A stretch of 64,000 nt of DNA from contig CAWHJR010000002.1 in assembly GCA_963829805.1 (NCBI GenBank), positions 4,397,418 to 4,461,417 of the forward strand, read 5' to 3'. The translations under genes were made by a program, and so were the position numbers. Below the pieces are notes generated by a model. That model did not search any database. It saw nothing but the letters and a program-made list of their open reading frames with translations, and had not been told where the DNA came from. Numbering within the stretch: position 1 is the first letter of the stretch; every line of letters starts with the position of its first letter. This DNA comes from Euzebyaceae bacterium (GTDB lineage: Bacteria > Actinomycetota > Nitriliruptoria > Euzebyales > Egibacteraceae). Positions 57,155 to 64,000 of the stretch are shown in pieces.

Positions 57155-58375
57155 CCGCACCTCGGCGCGGGGCAGGCGCACGCAGAACCGCGAGCCGGTC
57201 GGCACCGCCGGCTCGTACCAGACCTCGCCGTCCTGCGCCTCGACCAGCAGGGCGACGATCGCGAGTCCCAGGCCGCTGCCCTCCGCCGAGCGCGATGCCC
57301 CGACGCTGGCCTGGCTGAAGCGGTCGAAGAGGTGCGGGACGAACTCCGGCGGCACACCCTCGCCGGCGTCGGTGACGCTGAGCAGCAGGTGGTCGCCGTC
57401 CTCGCGCACAGCTACGCGCACGGGCGGCGCCCCGTACTTGCGCGCGTTGGACAGCAGGTTCTCGACCACCTGAAGCAGCCGCACGGGGTCGGCGCGCACC
57501 ACGAGGTCCACCGGCCCGTCCACCTCTGCCTCGTCGTCGCCGGCGACCGCCTCGGACAACAGGGGCCCGAGGGCGACCGGCACCGCCGTGACGTTCAGGC
57601 CGCGGGCGTTTGCCGCGGAGATCGTCAGCAGGTCCTCGACCAACGCGTTGAGCCGCTCCGCCTGTGACAGGATGCGGCTCACCGCGTCCAGGCGGGCGGG
57701 CGGCTCCAGAGCGTCCCAGCGCCGCTGCAGCATCGTCGCGTACCCGACGATCGCGGTGAGCGGCGTGCGCAGCTCGTGGTTGGTCATGGCGAGGAAGTCG
57801 TCTTGCACCTGGGTGGCGGCGATCACCTGCTCGCGCTCGGCGGAGAGGTCGCGCGCCAGCACGCCCGCGACCACCGCGATCAGGAAGCCGATGCCCATCC
57901 GGAACGAGATCGACTGCGGCAGGAACGGCAGGTCGTAGACGAAGAAGCCATAGACCTCCCGGGCGGCGTAGGCCGCGGCCGCGACGGCCATGGTCGCTAC
58001 GGCGCCGCGCATCTGGAAGAGCACCGCGCCCTCCAGCGGCAGCAGGTAGATGAGGGCGAAGATCGCCACGTTGGGGTCGAACGTGTAGGTCGTGACCAGG
58101 CCGACGACCACCGTCGTGTCGAGGGTCAGCGACGCGAGTGCCAGCCGGCGCGCCCTCGGCAGATCCAGCTCGGGCCGCGACCCCAGCACGAGCGCGACGT
58201 TGCCCAGCCCGAGCAGCACCACCAGCGCCACCGACCACGCCAGCACCCCGGGCGGGAACGGCAGGTAGTAGGTCGCCACGTGCACCGCGGCGAAGGCGGC
58301 CGCGACCCAGCGCACGCGCGCGAGCGTGCGGATAGACCTCCGGAGGCGTTCTGCAGCTGCCACGGCGTCGGGCAT
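57146..58375 (-). CDS. membrane sensor histidine kinase (no cognate response regulator in window)
   Basis: Multi-TM N-terminus. H box FLAMTNHELRTPLTAI, N box VENLLSNARKYG, G box GSGLGLAIV. The 3' end overlaps the convergent CapA-fusion gene by 9 nt. Confidence 0.85.
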   Translation of the reverse strand: MPDAVAAAERLRRSIRTLARVRWVAAAFAAVHVATYYLPFPPGVLAWSVALVVLLGLGNVALVLGSRPELDLPRARRLALASLTLDTTVVVGLVTTYTFDPNVAIFALIYLLPLEGAVLFQMRGAVATMAVAAAAYAAREVYGFFVYDLPFLPQSISFRMGIGFLIAVVAGVLARDLSAEREQVIAATQVQDDFLAMTNHELRTPLTAIVGYATMLQRRWDALEPPARLDAVSRILSQAERLNALVEDLLTISAANARGLNVTAVPVALGPLLSEAVAGDDEAEVDGPVDLVVRADPVRLLQVVENLLSNARKYGAPPVRVAVREDGDHLLLSVTDAGEGVPPEFVPHLFDRFSQASVGASRSAEGSGLGLAIVALLVEAQDGEVWYEPAVPTGSRFCVRLPRAEVRSG

Positions 58376-58430
58376 CGTTGCACGCGTGCCGGGCAGGTCG
58401 AGGCAGGAACCGACAGCCTCGCGTGACGGG

Positions 58431-61160
<2,730 letters not shown>

Positions 61161-61262
61161 GTGCCGATTCTCGCGGTTGCCTCGTGAGACCGCGACCTCA
61201 AACACGCCGCGCGCGACCTCAGATCCGGCGGCCGCCCACCTCAGGGCGCGGCCGCGGGGTCC

Positions 61263-62225
61263 TCAGCGGGTCACCAGCGCGGTGAGGGCGGCGAGGTCCT
61301 CGGCGATCGCGCGCTGCGCGGCGGGGATCGACACCATGCCGAGGTAGCCGTGCACCAGCCCCGGGTGGGGCAGGTGGCGGACCTCCACGCCGGCGTCCGC
61401 GAGCGCGCGGGCGTAGGCGTCGCCCTCGTCGCGCAGGGGGTCGAACTCGGCGGTGGTCACCACGGCGGGCGGGAGGCCGGCGAGGTCGGTGCACGCCAGC
61501 GGTGACGCGTCGGGGTCGGCGGCCGTGCCGCCGTGGTGGCCCAGGAACCACGCCATGGTGGCGGCGCTGAGCCCGTAGCCTTCGGCGTGCTCGGCGTACG
61601 ACGGCTGGCTCATCCCGCAGTCGCACACGGGGTAGACCAGCAGCTGGGCCGCCAGCGCCGGCCCTCCTGCGTCCCGCGCGCGCCGCGCGACCACCGCGGC
61701 GAGGTTGCCGCCCGCGCTGTCGCCCGCCACCCCGAGGCGCGCCCGGTCGCCGCCGAGCTCCTCCGCGTTTGCGGCGACCCAGCGCGTCGCCGTCCAGCAG
61801 TCGTCGATCGGCGCGGGGTGGCGGTGCTCGGGAGAACGGCGGTAGTCCACGCTCACGACCACCGCGCCGGCGCCGTTGGCGAGCGCGCGGCCGATGCCGT
61901 CGTGGGACTCCAGGTCGCCGATCACGAACCCGCCGCCGTGGAAGAACACCACGACCGGCGCAGGCTGCTGCTCCCCCGGCGTGCGCGCCAGCGGTGTGTA
62001 GACCCGCACCGGCACCCCGTCCGCCGAGCGGTCCTCGACCGCGGCCACCGGCTCCTCGACGTACCCCGGGCCGCGCCGCAGCGCCACGATCTGCAGGTAC
62101 TGCGCGCGTGCCGACGGCGGGTCGAGGTCCTCGTACGGGCCGTAGCCCAGCGCGACGGACTCCTGCGAGATAGCGGGCGACGTCAGGGTCCAGCGCCAGC
62201 GGCTGGAGGCGTATCGTCGCTCCAT
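61263..62225 (-). CDS. alpha/beta hydrolase, hormone-sensitive-lipase-like esterase
   Basis: VVFFHGGGF (oxyanion), GDSAGGNLA (Ser), DPLRDEG, HGY. ATG 62225 shares the tetranucleotide CATG with the divergent add start. Confidence 0.8.
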   Translation of the reverse strand: MERRYASSRWRWTLTSPAISQESVALGYGPYEDLDPPSARAQYLQIVALRRGPGYVEEPVAAVEDRSADGVPVRVYTPLARTPGEQQPAPVVVFFHGGGFVIGDLESHDGIGRALANGAGAVVVSVDYRRSPEHRHPAPIDDCWTATRWVAANAEELGGDRARLGVAGDSAGGNLAAVVARRARDAGGPALAAQLLVYPVCDCGMSQPSYAEHAEGYGLSAATMAWFLGHHGGTAADPDASPLACTDLAGLPPAVVTTAEFDPLRDEGDAYARALADAGVEVRHLPHPGLVHGYLGMVSIPAAQRAIAEDLAALTALVTR

Positions 62226-63309
62226 GCTGGACCTCGACACGATCCGCCTGGCGCCCAAGGTGCTGCTGCACGACCACCTCGACGGCGGCCTGCGCCCCCA
62301 GACCGTGATCGAGCTGGCCGACCAGTTCGGCTACGCGGGCCTGCCGACGACCGACGCCGCGGAGTTGCAGCGCGCGTTCACCGCAGGCGCCTCGCGAGGG
62401 TCGCTGGAGCTCTACCTCGAGGGGTTCGCGCACACGGTCGGGGTCCTGCAGACCCCCGAGGCGCTGGAGCGCGTGGCCGCGGAGTGCGCCGAGGACCTGG
62501 CCGCCGACGGCGTGGTGTACGCCGAGGTGCGCTTCGCCCCGGAGCTGCACACCGAGAGCGGGATGTCCCTCGACGACGTCATGGAGGCCGTGCTGGCCGG
62601 GTTCCGGCGGGGCTCGAAGGACCGCGGCATCAAGGTCGGGTGCTTGGTCACGGCGATGCGCACCGCGGCGCTGTCGCACGAGATCGCGCAGCTGGCGGTG
62701 CGCTGGCGCGACGCCGGGACCGTCGGCTTCGACATCGCGGGCGCGGAGTCGGGGTACCCGCCGACGCCGCCATCTCGACGCCTTCCACTACATCCAGCGT
62801 GAGAACTTCCACATCACGATCCACGCCGGCGAGTCGTTCGGGCTGCCCTCGATCTGGGAGGCGATCCAGTTCTGCGGGGCGGAGCGCCTGGGGCACGGCG
62901 TGCGCATCGTCGACGACATCGACACCTCGGTGAACCCGCCCAAGCTGGGGCGCCTCGCGCAGTTCGTCCGCGACCGCCGCATCCCGCTGGAGATGTGCCC
63001 GACCTCCAACGTCCACACCAGGGCTGCGGCATCGCTCGAGGAGCACCCCTTCGACCTCCTGCGCCGCCTGCGCTTCCGGGTGACGCTCAACACCGACAAC
63101 CGGCTGATGAGCGACGTCACGCTGTCGTCGGAGATGCAGGCCGTGTCGAAGGCCTTCGAGCTGGGCCTGGACGACCTCGAGTGGCTCACGCTCAACGGGA
63201 TGAAGAGCGCGTTCTGGCCCTTCGAGGACCGCCTCGCGCTCATCAACTACGTGATCAAGCCGGGCTACGCGGCGCTGCGCGCCCGCCTGCACGACCAGAC
63301 GGCGCTCGC

Positions 63310-63313
<4 letters not shown>
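62224..63313 (+). pseudogene. add: adenosine deaminase, apparent 1-nt insertion near 62764-62772
   Basis: ORF 62224..62802 ([25 protein letters not shown]...[14 protein letters not shown]) continues in the next frame: [24 protein letters not shown]...[15 protein letters not shown]...EMCPTSN...[10 protein letters not shown] (ORF 62900..63313). Confidence 0.85.

Positions 63314-64000
<687 letters not shown>

Noticed and set aside
61228-61255. GCGGCCGC...GCGGCCGC pair downstream of the esterase as an intrinsic terminator
   Set aside because: The stem is only 8 bp. Each arm is itself palindromic, so the pairing is ambiguous, and there is no U-tract. The evidence is insufficient.

Overview
High-GC (about 72%) actinobacterial-type chromosomal segment, densely coding on both strands: about 55 protein genes and one tRNA. 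I found no rRNA, CRISPR, IS element or integrase. Content in order: S9 peptidase, sarcosine/N-methyltryptophan oxidase, a heliorhodopsin, PepF, HAD hydrolase, YqeY, PAC2, hydrolases and oxidoreductases, and xylB. A long minus-strand operon then runs xylA, TIM-barrel isomerase, Gfo/Idh/MocA dehydrogenase and a Liv-type (HAAT) ABC transporter. Next come a Tm-1-like (UPF0261) plus PEP-hydrolase-like pair, a KduD-like SDR, a ROK regulator, NYN, OsmC, a class-V aminotransferase, a Pro-rich membrane protein, a CoA-binding protein and tRNA-Val(GAC). Two secreted proteins carry CWB2 cell-wall-binding repeats; one is S-layer-like and one is fused to CapA. Two NTF2-like plus P-loop regulator modules sit with an alpha/beta-fold protein, an MFS transporter and a methyltransferase. 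The window ends with an ECF sigma plus Kelch-like membrane protein, an orphan histidine kinase, aconitase, an esterase, adenosine deaminase and the 5' part of typA. The most striking observation is a five-gene plus-strand operon (24.2-29.5 kb: FAD-linked oxidase, TIM-barrel enzyme, second UPF0261 paralog, creatininase-family protein, GntR regulator). It can only be read by switching forward frame dozens of times, yet its catalytic motifs are intact and its flanks are clean. Isolated single-base frame breaks also interrupt the heliorhodopsin, the ABC substrate-binding lipoprotein and add, and an ArsR-like gene near 36.9 kb is a broken, truncated remnant. These may be real pseudogenes or sequence-quality artefacts; I cannot tell which from sequence alone. 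Many long ORFs in the supplied track are off-frame or antisense artefacts of high GC (Arg/Gly/Pro-rich) and were not called. All family assignments come from motif recognition by eye, not from searches.
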